NCBI GenBank assembly: GCA_048938385.1
Contig: JBHLMG010000004.1
Location: 1 to 56,983 of the forward strand
DNA: 56,983 nt
Origin: Promethearchaeota archaeon
GTDB lineage: Archaea > Asgardarchaeota > Hermodarchaeia > Hermodarchaeales > Hermodarchaeaceae
Direction: 5' to 3'
Shown piece by piece: positions 38,949 through 49,600 of the stretch (position 1 is the first letter of the stretch; every line of letters starts with the position of its first letter). The notes beneath the pieces are model-generated. The model was not told where the DNA came from. It saw only the letters and a program-made list of their open reading frames with translations, and did no database searches. The position numbers and the translations under genes are program-made.

Positions 38949-39549
38949 ACATGTGTTAACAGGCATAGTTCGGGAGCAATACCTGATCGAGTGGATGTTC
39001 CTAGCCATTTTATGGACAGTGAGTGTAATTTGTGCCTATATTTTCATCACCAACATCCTTCTATTGCCCTCCTTAGGTCCCCCTTGGACCCCTTCCCCTT
39101 CGGTTACTTGGTGGCAGTGGTTGGCTCAAGCGATTCAACACCCTTACATCTGGCCAGCTGCGCTTGCCACCACGATTGCGCTTGTTCTGACAATTAGTAC
39201 CACTATTTATTTTGCGATCTGGATGCCTGGAAGAATTGATTCCACGCTGCGACTCGAACTACACCGAATCGGACCGACCACAAAACTTCGGCTACGACGA
39301 CAATATATCACAAAGATTAACAACAAGGGACTACTTGTTACCCGTTTATTACCCAGGACGACGGCTTCAGGAGAATACGGGCTTGTTATTCTGCGAGCTA
39401 CCTTTCCTAAGGCGTCTTCTGATCTATTAGAATCGGTTGCGAAGCGTAACTTTCTGGCGTTAACAAAATCAACAATTGCAACAGTAACTTCTTTGGATGA
39501 ACTCCATTTCAAAATCACACAACTGGCTCGGGCTTTTGCCGAACTCTAA
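38920..39549 (+). CDS. Two-TM membrane protein, unknown function
   Basis: Two hydrophobic helices followed by a soluble domain. The ATG at 38920, preceded by GAGG, is more plausible than 38878. Confidence 0.55.
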   Translation: MEQQLTDKNEHVLTGIVREQYLIEWMFLAILWTVSVICAYIFITNILLLPSLGPPWTPSPSVTWWQWLAQAIQHPYIWPAALATTIALVLTISTTIYFAIWMPGRIDSTLRLELHRIGPTTKLRLRRQYITKINNKGLLVTRLLPRTTASGEYGLVILRATFPKASSDLLESVAKRNFLALTKSTIATVTSLDELHFKITQLARAFAEL

Positions 39550-39555
39550 CCCAAG

Positions 39556-41229
39556 TCATCGAACAAGAGCTGTGACTGTACCGATGCATCTGGTGTTTGC
39601 CTCACGCGTTACAATACGGTCACCCACTCGGAGCATTTCATACCCTTTTTTAAAGACCATACGAACGCTTGCAACATCACCAACAACGAGGTAATCTTTA
39701 TCATAGATCTCCTCAAAGACGACAGGTTGCTGGATGGTTGCACTGTGAAATACGGGTTCGTAACCAGGTCGGATTCTGGTTGGATGGCGTGTGACGATAA
39801 CTGCGGCATCGAACGATTTGACTGCTGCTACATCCGCATCTTCATCGCATATAATCTGCCCTCGACGGATTTTCTCGGGTTCAATTCGTTTGATATCAAA
39901 ACCAAACACATCTCCCGCTTTAACACGTTCAACGCGTTTCTTAAAGACCTCTATGGATCCAATGCGACCGCGAATGAATCGTCCATCGTTATCTGGTCCA
40001 CATAAGATTCTTTGACCAGGTTTAAAGATGCCTTCTTGCACGGTTCCTGTCAGAACGACATTCGTTCCTCGAATACCGCGATATACTTTGTCGATGTACG
40101 CAAAAGCGGGTTTTTCTATGCGTTCATCGGGAATTCGTGTAGGTAACTGTGCAAGAGTTGTTCGTAATAGGTTGATACCTTGCCCGGTTACGCAACTGGC
40201 TTCATAGACAGGAACCACTACCCGATGTCCAATTTCGCGACAAACTATCGATACATCGTCTGTTGAGGTAATTCGGAGAGGAACATGCCCAATTTCTTTG
40301 ATAGTCTGGTATACCAGATTTCGGACATGGATCTGAATTTTTTCATCGCAATCGTCAACCTTGTTTATGACAACAAGAAAGGGAAGTTGTTGATTAGAGA
40401 CTAATAGCAGATGTTCACGGGTGATATCGTCTAACCGTAGAATGCCACTTCGGTGTTCTTCTACTGTGGTAAGTTTATATTCGTCGTGGCAAGGGACGAG
40501 GACCATGCTATATTGCGCTGAAGCTCCCAAGACGCTTCTAATCATAGTTTTAGCATATTCTTTGTGGCCTGGAGCATCAAATATGGTTATTATCCGGTGG
40601 GCCTGATCAAGGATTCGAGCTCGCTTTGCCTTATCAAGGGGTGTTTGCATGGGAATGAATTCACCAAGCTTATCAATTGCAGCAAAAGTGACATGGAGAT
40701 CTGCTGTTTGACCACGTTTAACCTCCTGAGGGTATGTGAGTAATCCCGCTCGCGTAAGTCCGCTACCATCATCCAACTCGCACTGGATGAGAACGCCAGC
40801 AAGCGTGGTTTTTCCACTGTTAACGCGTCCAACTAGATTGATGCCCAAAGTTTCGGGAACCATGGGTGTTATACTTCGCGCGAGGGTGAAGTCAATTACA
40901 TTGCCTGCCTTGGTGTTGTAGATCGTTTGTTCTAATATTTCGACGCGGGCTTCCTTGCACAGCGCTTTCAGTGTTTCTTCGCTCGTTTCGGTTTCCTTCG
41001 CGGTGAGTCCATAGACTTCCCATTTTTTTCCATGGAGGTCTTCGATTCCTATGACAAATTTCCCTTCTCCTTCGCTGGTTATTAGCTTCAGTTGTGCAAT
41101 TAGTTTGGCTCGCCGATCTCCGATTAGGTCCCGCTCGGTTAACTTCCGCTTGAATTCGGTATTACGAGTTTCTCCGTTAGTAATGAGTTGTTCGAGGTTC
41201 AGATTAACTGGCACTTGTCTTCCACACAC
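39556..41229 (-). CDS. GTPBP1/2-family translational GTPase
   Basis: G1 GRVNSGKTT, EVKRGQT, DAPGH and NKVD; EF-Tu-like domains II and III; N-terminal GETRNTEFK...FVIGIED domain. Confidence 0.88.
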   Translation of the reverse strand: MCGRQVPVNLNLEQLITNGETRNTEFKRKLTERDLIGDRRAKLIAQLKLITSEGEGKFVIGIEDLHGKKWEVYGLTAKETETSEETLKALCKEARVEILEQTIYNTKAGNVIDFTLARSITPMVPETLGINLVGRVNSGKTTLAGVLIQCELDDGSGLTRAGLLTYPQEVKRGQTADLHVTFAAIDKLGEFIPMQTPLDKAKRARILDQAHRIITIFDAPGHKEYAKTMIRSVLGASAQYSMVLVPCHDEYKLTTVEEHRSGILRLDDITREHLLLVSNQQLPFLVVINKVDDCDEKIQIHVRNLVYQTIKEIGHVPLRITSTDDVSIVCREIGHRVVVPVYEASCVTGQGINLLRTTLAQLPTRIPDERIEKPAFAYIDKVYRGIRGTNVVLTGTVQEGIFKPGQRILCGPDNDGRFIRGRIGSIEVFKKRVERVKAGDVFGFDIKRIEPEKIRRGQIICDEDADVAAVKSFDAAVIVTRHPTRIRPGYEPVFHSATIQQPVVFEEIYDKDYLVVGDVASVRMVFKKGYEMLRVGDRIVTREANTRCIGTVTALVR

Positions 41230-41267
41230 ATCTGGTGTTCTACTTGCATGTTATGTGGATTCGAATA

Positions 41268-41978
41268 TCAGCCTTTTGTTATATCCCCTTTGTGTTGCAG
41301 CGGTAAAAGACCATGCTTGTCCAAGTAAGGGATTATTGGTACTAGCGATGGGAATACAGCCTGGGCGCCTTCTCTAAGAAGCTCTTCCTTGGTTCGAACC
41401 TTGGATTGACGGGCGATGCTCTGGATTTTCAGCTTCTTTGCTGTCATGATGTCGATGGTAGAATCACCAATGAATAGTGCCTGGGCTGGAGTAGTGTCAA
41501 AGTGTTTCAAAATAAGTTCTAATCCTTCGGTAGCCGGTTTCATATGAGGTGCCTCGTCTCGACTGATGATTAGATCCACTAGGTGCGTCATTCCAAATTT
41601 CTGCAAAAGAAAATCTGCGACAGCTCGGTTGTCGTTTGTTAGAATAGCGGTGCTGATCCGACGATTTTTGAGTTCCTCGAGGGTTTCTATGGCTCCGGGT
41701 ACAAGTTGTGCCTTCTTAGCTCCTTTCCACTCAATTTCAATAGCAACGGTGTACACTTGGTCTCGGAGTTGACTAATTTCCACTGGGCTTTTTCCTGCCT
41801 TTCCTGCAAAAGCGAAGGCACTACGCAACAGATCTTGGGTGCTATTCATTGGAAGAACCTCTAGAGGAAATCCGCGGCTGATGAGTAAATCTCGAATGGC
41901 GGTTCGCATTGCGTGAAAGTTGATTTCGGCGGTTACGAGTGTTCCATCTAAATCGAATACTACGAGCTTCAGGACCAT
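41268..41978 (-). CDS. HAD-superfamily hydrolase (PGP-like)
   Basis: Motifs FDLDGTLV, LTN, KP and IGDS..D. Confidence 0.9.
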   Translation of the reverse strand: MVLKLVVFDLDGTLVTAEINFHAMRTAIRDLLISRGFPLEVLPMNSTQDLLRSAFAFAGKAGKSPVEISQLRDQVYTVAIEIEWKGAKKAQLVPGAIETLEELKNRRISTAILTNDNRAVADFLLQKFGMTHLVDLIISRDEAPHMKPATEGLELILKHFDTTPAQALFIGDSTIDIMTAKKLKIQSIARQSKVRTKEELLREGAQAVFPSLVPIIPYLDKHGLLPLQHKGDITKG

Positions 41979-42025
41979 GCGGGAATCAGCTCCGAATGTG
42001 CGGGGGGATTAGAGCATGTGGTTGT

Positions 42026-43135
42026 TTACAGATTAGTGAAGCTTTTGACGATATCGGTGTTCATGGCCTTGATTACTGCTATGAGAAGGTCAATGGTTTT
42101 CTCGATGTCATCTAGATTTAGAATTCCTATGTGGCTATGGATGTGCCGTGTAGGTACACCAATAACAAGACTTGGTACTCCGGCCCGGTTCAAGTGGATG
42201 ACACCTGCGTCTGTTGCGCCACCATACATCGCTGAGAGTTGGTAGGGAATATCTTCTTTCTCTGCAGTATCGATCACAAATTCTAGCAATGATTGGTTGG
42301 GAATCATAGATCTATCCATAGTTGATATAGCGGGTCCTTTCCCGAGTTTGGATGCGGCTTCTTCTGGTTTGATTCCGGGCATATCACCGGCGATTTCAAC
42401 TTCAAGGGCAAATCCAACATCGGGTTCGACGACATGAGCAGTCGTTCTTGCACCACGAAGACCTACTTCCTCTTGTACGGTAGCTGCGCCAATGATGGTG
42501 TTAGGATGGTTGATGTTTTGTTCTTTTAGTTGGCGTACGACCTCCATGGCGATGAAAGCGCCAAGGCGGTCATCAAAAGCTTTTGCTGCAGCAAGTTTTT
42601 CATTGCGAATGAGCTGGAAGGAAGCGTCTGGCATAATTGGGTCGCCAATCTGAATCCCCATCTCCTTGACATCTTCCTCTGATGAAGCTCCCACATCAAT
42701 GAACATTTGTTTTAATTCGACTACCTTTTTTCGTTCGTCGGGTTCAAGTAGGTGAGGGGGTTTAGCACCGAACACGCCGAAGTGACGTTGTCCTTTCCGT
42801 GTCTGAACCACAACTTTTTGACCTAAGATGACCTGATCCCACCAACCTCCGAGGGGATTAACCTTTAGGAATCCCTCTTCAGTTATTGCTGAAACGATGA
42901 ATCCTACTTCATCAATATGGCCGGCAATAAGAATTCTTGGATGGTCTGCTGAGCCTTTTTTCATGAAGTGGACACTTCCCAGCTTATCAATGGATATTTC
43001 ATCTGAGATTGGGCGCATAGTTTCTGCAACAATGGTGGAAACCTCCCGTTCAAAACCACTGGGACCAAACGAGTCAACTAAAGTTTGTAGTAATTTTATT
43101 CGTCGAGAATCCATAATGGGACACCTTGCACGCAA
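42026..43135 (-). CDS. M42 (TET-type) metalloaminopeptidase
   Basis: Motifs GPSGFE, AGHIDEVG, KAFDDRLG, VQEEVGLRGA, GATDAG and RHIHS. Confidence 0.93.
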   Translation of the reverse strand: MRARCPIMDSRRIKLLQTLVDSFGPSGFEREVSTIVAETMRPISDEISIDKLGSVHFMKKGSADHPRILIAGHIDEVGFIVSAITEEGFLKVNPLGGWWDQVILGQKVVVQTRKGQRHFGVFGAKPPHLLEPDERKKVVELKQMFIDVGASSEEDVKEMGIQIGDPIMPDASFQLIRNEKLAAAKAFDDRLGAFIAMEVVRQLKEQNINHPNTIIGAATVQEEVGLRGARTTAHVVEPDVGFALEVEIAGDMPGIKPEEAASKLGKGPAISTMDRSMIPNQSLLEFVIDTAEKEDIPYQLSAMYGGATDAGVIHLNRAGVPSLVIGVPTRHIHSHIGILNLDDIEKTIDLLIAVIKAMNTDIVKSFTNL

Positions 43136-43261
43136 TTCAATCCTTTGTTAGATAAGCTTTTTTCAGAGGGCAGATTGGTTCAAAACCTCTTTCTTTTGAC
43201 GAGTAACAGGGTTTTTCTGTGAGAAAAGGGTTATTCGACGGTAATGGAGCGATGCTGATCA

Positions 43262-44083
43262 ATGTCTTTGACTGTTAATGAGCTTGTTAAATTCATCGAT
43301 CATACTCGACTTGCCCCTGAGACAAAACAGGCAAAAATTCTAGAACTCTGTGAAGAAGCTATGGCTTATGAGTTTGCAACTGTCTGCATTAACTCAGTGC
43401 ATGTAGATTATGCCGCCCAACTCCTTCGGGATTCTGATGTGGGTGTGTGCTGCGTCGTTGGCTTTCCTCTGGGGGCCATGTTAACGGAGGCTAAAGCCTT
43501 TGAAGCCCGGGAAGTAGTCCGAAGGGGCGCCTCCGAAGTGGATATGGTGATCAATGTTGGTGCGCTACGAGATGAGAACTACGATTTAGTGCGTCAGGAT
43601 ATTGAAGCAGTTGTAACTGCTGCTGATGGTGCGATAGTGAAGGTTATTTTGGAGACTGGGCTGCTGATCGATGATCAAAAACGCCAAGCGTGCATCTTGA
43701 GTAAAGAGGCTGGAGCGCATTTTGTCAAAACATCTACAGGGTTTGGACCGATGGGTGCCACACCGTATGATGTCCGTCTTATGCGTGACACGGTGGGAGA
43801 CAAGATGGGTGTGAAGGCTGCAGGTGGAATACGAACATTCAAAGATGCTCTCCGTATGATTGACGCTGGAGCTAATCGTCTGGGGACTAGCTCAGGGGTT
43901 GCCATTGTGGAAGGTTATCGATGGGCGGGATACAGCGATGCCTGGTTGCAGCCAGATAAAGCCTGTTGGACCTGCCCGAGTCGTCAAGCCAGTTTAGCAA
44001 AACAACCCAAAGAGGTCTATCTTTGGTATAAGGCGCGCTGCGTCACTTGTCCGCATCGTGACCAAAACATCTTCAACGATTAG
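43262..44083 (+). CDS. deoC: Deoxyribose-phosphate aldolase with Cys-rich C-terminal extension
   Basis: Motifs [40 protein letters not shown] and RLGTSSG; extra CWTC...CVTC tail. Confidence 0.95.
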   Translation: MSLTVNELVKFIDHTRLAPETKQAKILELCEEAMAYEFATVCINSVHVDYAAQLLRDSDVGVCCVVGFPLGAMLTEAKAFEAREVVRRGASEVDMVINVGALRDENYDLVRQDIEAVVTAADGAIVKVILETGLLIDDQKRQACILSKEAGAHFVKTSTGFGPMGATPYDVRLMRDTVGDKMGVKAAGGIRTFKDALRMIDAGANRLGTSSGVAIVEGYRWAGYSDAWLQPDKACWTCPSRQASLAKQPKEVYLWYKARCVTCPHRDQNIFND

Positions 44084-44094
44084 GAGGAATCGAG

Positions 44095-45885
44095 ATGCCA
44101 AATACTTCTGAAGGGTTATTCGCTGATACCAAATTACTTTGGGTATCTCTTTCCAAGCGCACGACGAAAGAACTAGCTCAAAATCCCAGCGATCTGCGGC
44201 AATTCTTAGGTGGTCGTGGGTTAGGAGTACGGCTCGTTTTCGATCACATTTCTCCTGACATTTCTCCCCTCTCCCCTGAAAACCTGTTAGTCTTCGCTGT
44301 CGGTCCTTTAACAGCAACCTCGGCTCCCACGGCAGGACGGGTCGCTGTTATCACGAAATCCCCGTTGACAGGCACAATCTTTGATTCCAATGCCGGTGGG
44401 TATTTCGGACCACAGCTTCGAAGAGCGGGATTGGCTGCGCTTATCCTTGAAGGTAGAGCTGATTCACCGGTGTATCTATGGATTAATGATGGCGAAGTGG
44501 AATTCCGTTCAGCGGTGAAGATCTGGGGGGTTGAAGTCAGTGAATCGACTGATTTTCTTCTGTCTGAAACAGACAGCAAAGCTCAGGTAGCTTGTATTGG
44601 TCCTGCAGGAGAAAACCAGGTGAATCTCGCCGCGATTATAACAGATAAGCATCGCGCTGCTGGACGTGGCGGTGTCGGGGCAGTTATGGGTGGAAAAAAT
44701 CTCAAGGCCGTGGTGGTTAAGGGGACTCACGAAGTAGCAGTAGCGAACGAAGAATTACTCCATAGTACAGTGACCCGAACCCGCCGGTTAATCAAAAAGG
44801 ATTCAATCACAAACAAGTCCCTTCCCGTTTATGGAACTCCAGTATTGGTGAACCTAATCAACGAGTATGGTATTTTACCTACTCACAACTTCCAAGAAGG
44901 CACCTTCAATGATGCTGAAGGCGTTTCGGGAGAAAAGCTGTTGGAACGGTTTTTTGTGAAGCGTTATCATTGCTTCGGATGCCCAATTGGTTGTGGGCGT
45001 ATCTCTCAGGTACAAGGACAAGAAGGTGGTGGACCAGAATATGAAAGCCTGTGGGCCCTGGGTCCACAATGTGGAATCAACGATTTGGAATGGATAACCA
45101 CTGCGAATAACCGGTGTAACGAATTAGGATTGGATACCATTTCGATGGGGAGTACCCTTGGGTGTGCAATGGAATTAGTTCAAAAGGGGCATCTCGCGGC
45201 ACCACTAAAATTTGGAAATACAGAAGGTGTCATGGAGCTTATCGAAGAAACCGCAAAAGCGCAAGGGCTTGGGGCGGAACTCGGGATGGGCTCTAAAGCT
45301 CTTGCAACGCATTATAACGCTCCCGAATTAGCAATGCATGTCAAAGGGCTCGAACTCCCCGCTTATGATCCTCGGGGAATACAGGGTCATGGCCTTGCCT
45401 ACGCAACTTCAAACCGTGGAGGTTGCCATTTACGCGCCTACTTAATTGGCCCAGAAATTCTTGGATCGCCTGTTCTAGTAGATCGAGATCGAGTTGATGG
45501 AAAACCTGAATTAGTGATTCTATTTCAAAATTTGTCAGCGGCCATGGACTCGCTGGTTCTTTGTCGGTTTACTACTTTTGCCTTCAGTGTAAACGATTAT
45601 GCCGAATTAGCATCTGCTGCCACAGGTTTTCCGATTAACAGCCAAGAATTCCTTCAGATTGGTGATCGCATTTGGAATCTTGAACGGCTCTTTAATTTGC
45701 GCGAGGGATTTACAGCAAAAGACGATTGTCTTCCCCCTCGGTTCTCCACCCCCTTACCGGAGGGTGGGTCTCGCAATCGTGTCACTCACCTTGCCGACAT
45801 GCTTCCCATCTATTACCAACTTCGGGGATGGGATGATAAAGGTCAACCAACCCAATCTCGCCTTAAACAGCTTAATTTAGCCTAA
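44095..45885 (+). CDS. aor: Tungsten aldehyde:ferredoxin oxidoreductase family protein
   Basis: Motifs LGGRGLG, KSPLTG, IGPAGEN, AGRGGVGAVMG.KNLKA, CFGCPIGC, GPEYE, GLDTIS and RGGCH. Confidence 0.93.
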   Translation: MPNTSEGLFADTKLLWVSLSKRTTKELAQNPSDLRQFLGGRGLGVRLVFDHISPDISPLSPENLLVFAVGPLTATSAPTAGRVAVITKSPLTGTIFDSNAGGYFGPQLRRAGLAALILEGRADSPVYLWINDGEVEFRSAVKIWGVEVSESTDFLLSETDSKAQVACIGPAGENQVNLAAIITDKHRAAGRGGVGAVMGGKNLKAVVVKGTHEVAVANEELLHSTVTRTRRLIKKDSITNKSLPVYGTPVLVNLINEYGILPTHNFQEGTFNDAEGVSGEKLLERFFVKRYHCFGCPIGCGRISQVQGQEGGGPEYESLWALGPQCGINDLEWITTANNRCNELGLDTISMGSTLGCAMELVQKGHLAAPLKFGNTEGVMELIEETAKAQGLGAELGMGSKALATHYNAPELAMHVKGLELPAYDPRGIQGHGLAYATSNRGGCHLRAYLIGPEILGSPVLVDRDRVDGKPELVILFQNLSAAMDSLVLCRFTTFAFSVNDYAELASAATGFPINSQEFLQIGDRIWNLERLFNLREGFTAKDDCLPPRFSTPLPEGGSRNRVTHLADMLPIYYQLRGWDDKGQPTQSRLKQLNLA

Positions 45886-45897
45886 ATACGAAACTGT

Positions 45898-46605
45898 ATG
45901 CTGGATGATTCTCCAAGAGGAGAATATTCTTTCCATCAAAAGTATGAAAGTCGTCACACTTGGTCAAGAGCTGATTTAATGACAGATAATACCGGGTCTT
46001 CCTCTCTTCAACTCCGCCTAGCTCGGATCACTTCCTTGTTGTTGTCTCCTCCACTAGTCGCTCTCGTCGCTGTTGGGCTTTTCGCTTTTCTCTCACCCAT
46101 TGGCACAGGTCTACTATTCTCTTGGCAATCTTTCTTACTTGGATTATTTTTTGTCGTCATCGGACCAGTCCTCCCTCTCTCAACCATGGTAATTTTGGGG
46201 AGAATTACCTTTGATGTAAAAAACCGGCGTGATCGACCGCTTCTCTACTTCGCTGCAATTTTAGTTTATTCTACAGGGGCATTTATCGCCTGGTTATATC
46301 TGAACTATGCCATGATGGTCATTGCTATTGCCTATGCTGGGGTAACCACTGCAATTGCATTAATTAGCCTATTTTGGAAGGTTTCTGCACATTCAGCAGG
46401 TGTTGCAGGTCCTCTCACAGGGTTAATCTGGGTATTTGGCGTCATCCTTCTTCCTTTCATGTCACTTGTTGGTCTCGTAGCCTGGGCTCGCTGGCGAGAA
46501 GGTTTGCACAATGTTGCACAACTAGTTGTCGGCATCCTTACAGCAATTCTAGTGACAGCTGGAGTGTATTGGTTCCTTTGGGGTGCTCCACTGTTTATCC
46601 TCTAG
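45898..46605 (+). CDS. Membrane protein with PAP2-like C-terminal motif (likely ATG 45979)
   Basis: About 7 TM segments; KVSAH and WAR..EGLH..Q..G motifs. Confidence 0.6.
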   Translation: MLDDSPRGEYSFHQKYESRHTWSRADLMTDNTGSSSLQLRLARITSLLLSPPLVALVAVGLFAFLSPIGTGLLFSWQSFLLGLFFVVIGPVLPLSTMVILGRITFDVKNRRDRPLLYFAAILVYSTGAFIAWLYLNYAMMVIAIAYAGVTTAIALISLFWKVSAHSAGVAGPLTGLIWVFGVILLPFMSLVGLVAWARWREGLHNVAQLVVGILTAILVTAGVYWFLWGAPLFIL

Positions 46606-46613
46606 TCTAAGAG

Positions 46614-49600
46614 TTAGGTGAGGGTTATGTACAGGGATAATGCTTCAGGATAACCAGAGATGAGGTCAAGCTCAAAAACGAGAACTCCCCGGGTTTCATG
46701 GTGTTCAGCAACTACAGGCTGTTTAGTTAGCTTTACCTGAGCTCCGGATAATTGCACCACCACGCCCGTGGTGTCTTGTGAAAGGTTTTCAACAGCCAGG
46801 ATTTGCAAGGTAATCCGTGCCATCACATCTTCAGCTGCAACGAACCAGTAACCAATTGTGGTCTGTTGATCACTTGGATCTAGGATAGTGAGCCATGTAT
46901 ACAACTTTTCACCTGAATATAGACTACAAATCACAGGGGTCTCATCATACCAAATTAATCCATTCGAATGGGGTGCTAACCGAAGGAATGGAAAACTCTG
47001 CATCTTTTTCAAAGCTTGTCCATTGATTGAAATGACCGGTTCTACCTGCAGACTGATTCGGAAGTGTTCATCAGCTAAAGTGAAACTGGTTTCAGCATCT
47101 TCTAGGCGGAACCCTGAAGCAAGGAGGGAGTCTTCTCCAAGTTGGAAAGCCCAACGCTTTTCCAGTATTTTTGCAAGCTTAATTTGTTCAGGATTTCCGA
47201 TCTTGCTGACTTCATGGAGTAGGTCAGTAAGTTGGCGTCTCACGGAGTCTAAAGAAGTCTTTTCTCGTTGGAACAGAGAAAAAGTAAGCGGAATTCGAGC
47301 ATTAAGAATGCGAGAAGCTTCTAATCTATTAAGGGGTTCTTCAACCTCTGCCTGCTGCAAAGCTTGAATTGCTTCGCTATAGGTTTGATCCCATTCTTTG
47401 AAAATGAACACTTGGGCTGAAATCGTTGGATTAGTGCTTAGCTGTGATTGCATCAGCTGATTATATTGGGATAATGCGGCTTCTATGGCTACTGGGTTGG
47501 CTTCCGCTGAAGCGGCTTGAAGGGCTTTGTGTATTTGGGTTGTAGCCCGCTTCAATAATCGAGTCCGTTGCGAACTGGGGGGTGTGATGGTGGCTAATTT
47601 CGCTGTAGCAGTTCCTGCTACACTAAGGGCGAGAAGTTGGTGGCCTCTATTTTTACGAGAGGCAGCCGCTTTGGCAAGATTTTGTGCAAACTGTTCGCTT
47701 TGCGTTAGGAGGATTTCCCACTGAGATTTATCAGCTGGGCGCTCATCATGAACAAGCTCGTTGACGCTTCGAAGTAACAGGAAAGCGAACGGATAAGCTT
47801 CCTCCGTTAACTGGTCAGGGACTGGAATAAAAGAATAGGTCTTTTCAACGAAATCCCTAGCGTCCTCTTTTAGTTTTTGAATCTCTTCAGTACTTTTTGC
47901 ATGTTGTAATCGTTGAAGAATAACCCATACTAACAGTGATCCAGCTTTTAAGACACGGTGGGCTTCTTTTCCTTTAACATGGGTAATGAGGGCGGTGGTG
48001 GCGTATTCTTCTAACTTATCCAACTCTTTAGTCGACAAGGTCGTTTGTAAAGCTCCTGCATCATCAGGTGAGATTTTTGAGAGTAGTAATTGAAGAGCTA
48101 ATTGGGCTTTTACCTTTGGATCCTTTGTTTGAAAATACAACTGTTCGTTGAGTTGGCGAGTAGCTTCCACTAGCTCCTTCGCTGGTTGAGTGAGTATACT
48201 AAGAGGACGCTGAGCTATTCGACCAGCCACCGCTGAAATCACTTCTAACTCTTTGTTGCGGATACTAGAAATCGGTTTAGTGTCCGCAATTAGAGAGTTG
48301 GCCCTTTCAACAACCTCGTTTAAGAGCCTCTCTTTTTCTGGTTTCGGGGCTGTTTCGATAAGGCGAAGTAGAGCCTGTAACAATTCGATTGAAAATTCTC
48401 GTGTGACTGATGATTCAGCTCCCAGCTGGTTAAGTTGTTTGAGGGCGAGTTTTTGAAAGTCGATGTAAAGTGATGCTAGATCGTAGCGTGCCTCTGAATT
48501 AGTAAGTTGTTTTTCCAACTTGTTTATAGTCGTGTCAAACCGTTGGGACGCTTTCAGAATCAGGGTTTGGTCTGTTGGGCGATCCAAAAGGGGAACTGTG
48601 CTAATGAATGTATTAAGGGCTCCTATAATGGCTTCTTGTAGTGTAGTAACAAGCTTAGGTGGAATCTCTCCTAAGAGTTGAACAAGATGTTCAAGTTGTT
48701 GTACTGCACCTTTCGTATCATCTAGTACACGATAATGAAAAATGGCTGTTCGAGTAAATCGTAAGCTACGTAACAAATCATCGCCTAATGATTTTCCTGG
48801 CTTGGCTTGTGCTAATTCAAACCAAATTTGGCTTGCGCGTCCTGCGAATTTAGCAGCTAGATAAGCATCATCTAAATCAATGGCGGCGTTCATGATAGCA
48901 GTGATGTGTGTGAGTTGAGATTGCCGAAGTTTCTCAGGAGACATAGTCTGCTGAAGGCGATCCGTTAAATGCTCTTTACTAATATCTAAAACCTTAAGGC
49001 TATCATTAGCCTGCAGTGCTGTGAGTATCCTGTCGGCTTTTTCATCTCCTTTTTCCTTCATGATCTGGTGCAGGCTCTTCCAGTGACTGGTTATTTTGCG
49101 TAACTGAACAACCTGTTTGGTTGGCTCATCTACATGACTTAATGCCAATAGCGTGGGTTTGGCTTTCACAGTTTGATATGCAACTAACGATTTTTTCTGA
49201 AATCGTTCAGAAAATTCGACGAGCTGTGCAATTTCACTTTTTCGAATCTTATCCGTAATAATGAGTTGTCGATGCAGGAGAATTTGAAGGATGCGTTCTA
49301 TAATCGCTACTTTGTCGACATCAAAGGTCTCTAATAATGCAGCTAAGGCTGAAGCTTCCATTACGACAAGATCATTGCGCTGATCTCCTTCTGGAATTGA
49401 ACCTAGTAACCAATGTAATTTCCATAAGAGTTCAATGGGCTCAATCTTGCGTTTCGCTGTTAGATCTTCGAAGAGGGACTCTATGTATCGGCGTCCAAGT
49501 TGTCGAACGCTTACACTATCCTGAACAGAAAGGTTTGCTTTTTCTGCAAGGATTACGGCATCGTGCAATTTCCCTTCTGAACTAAACAACTGAGTCAACT

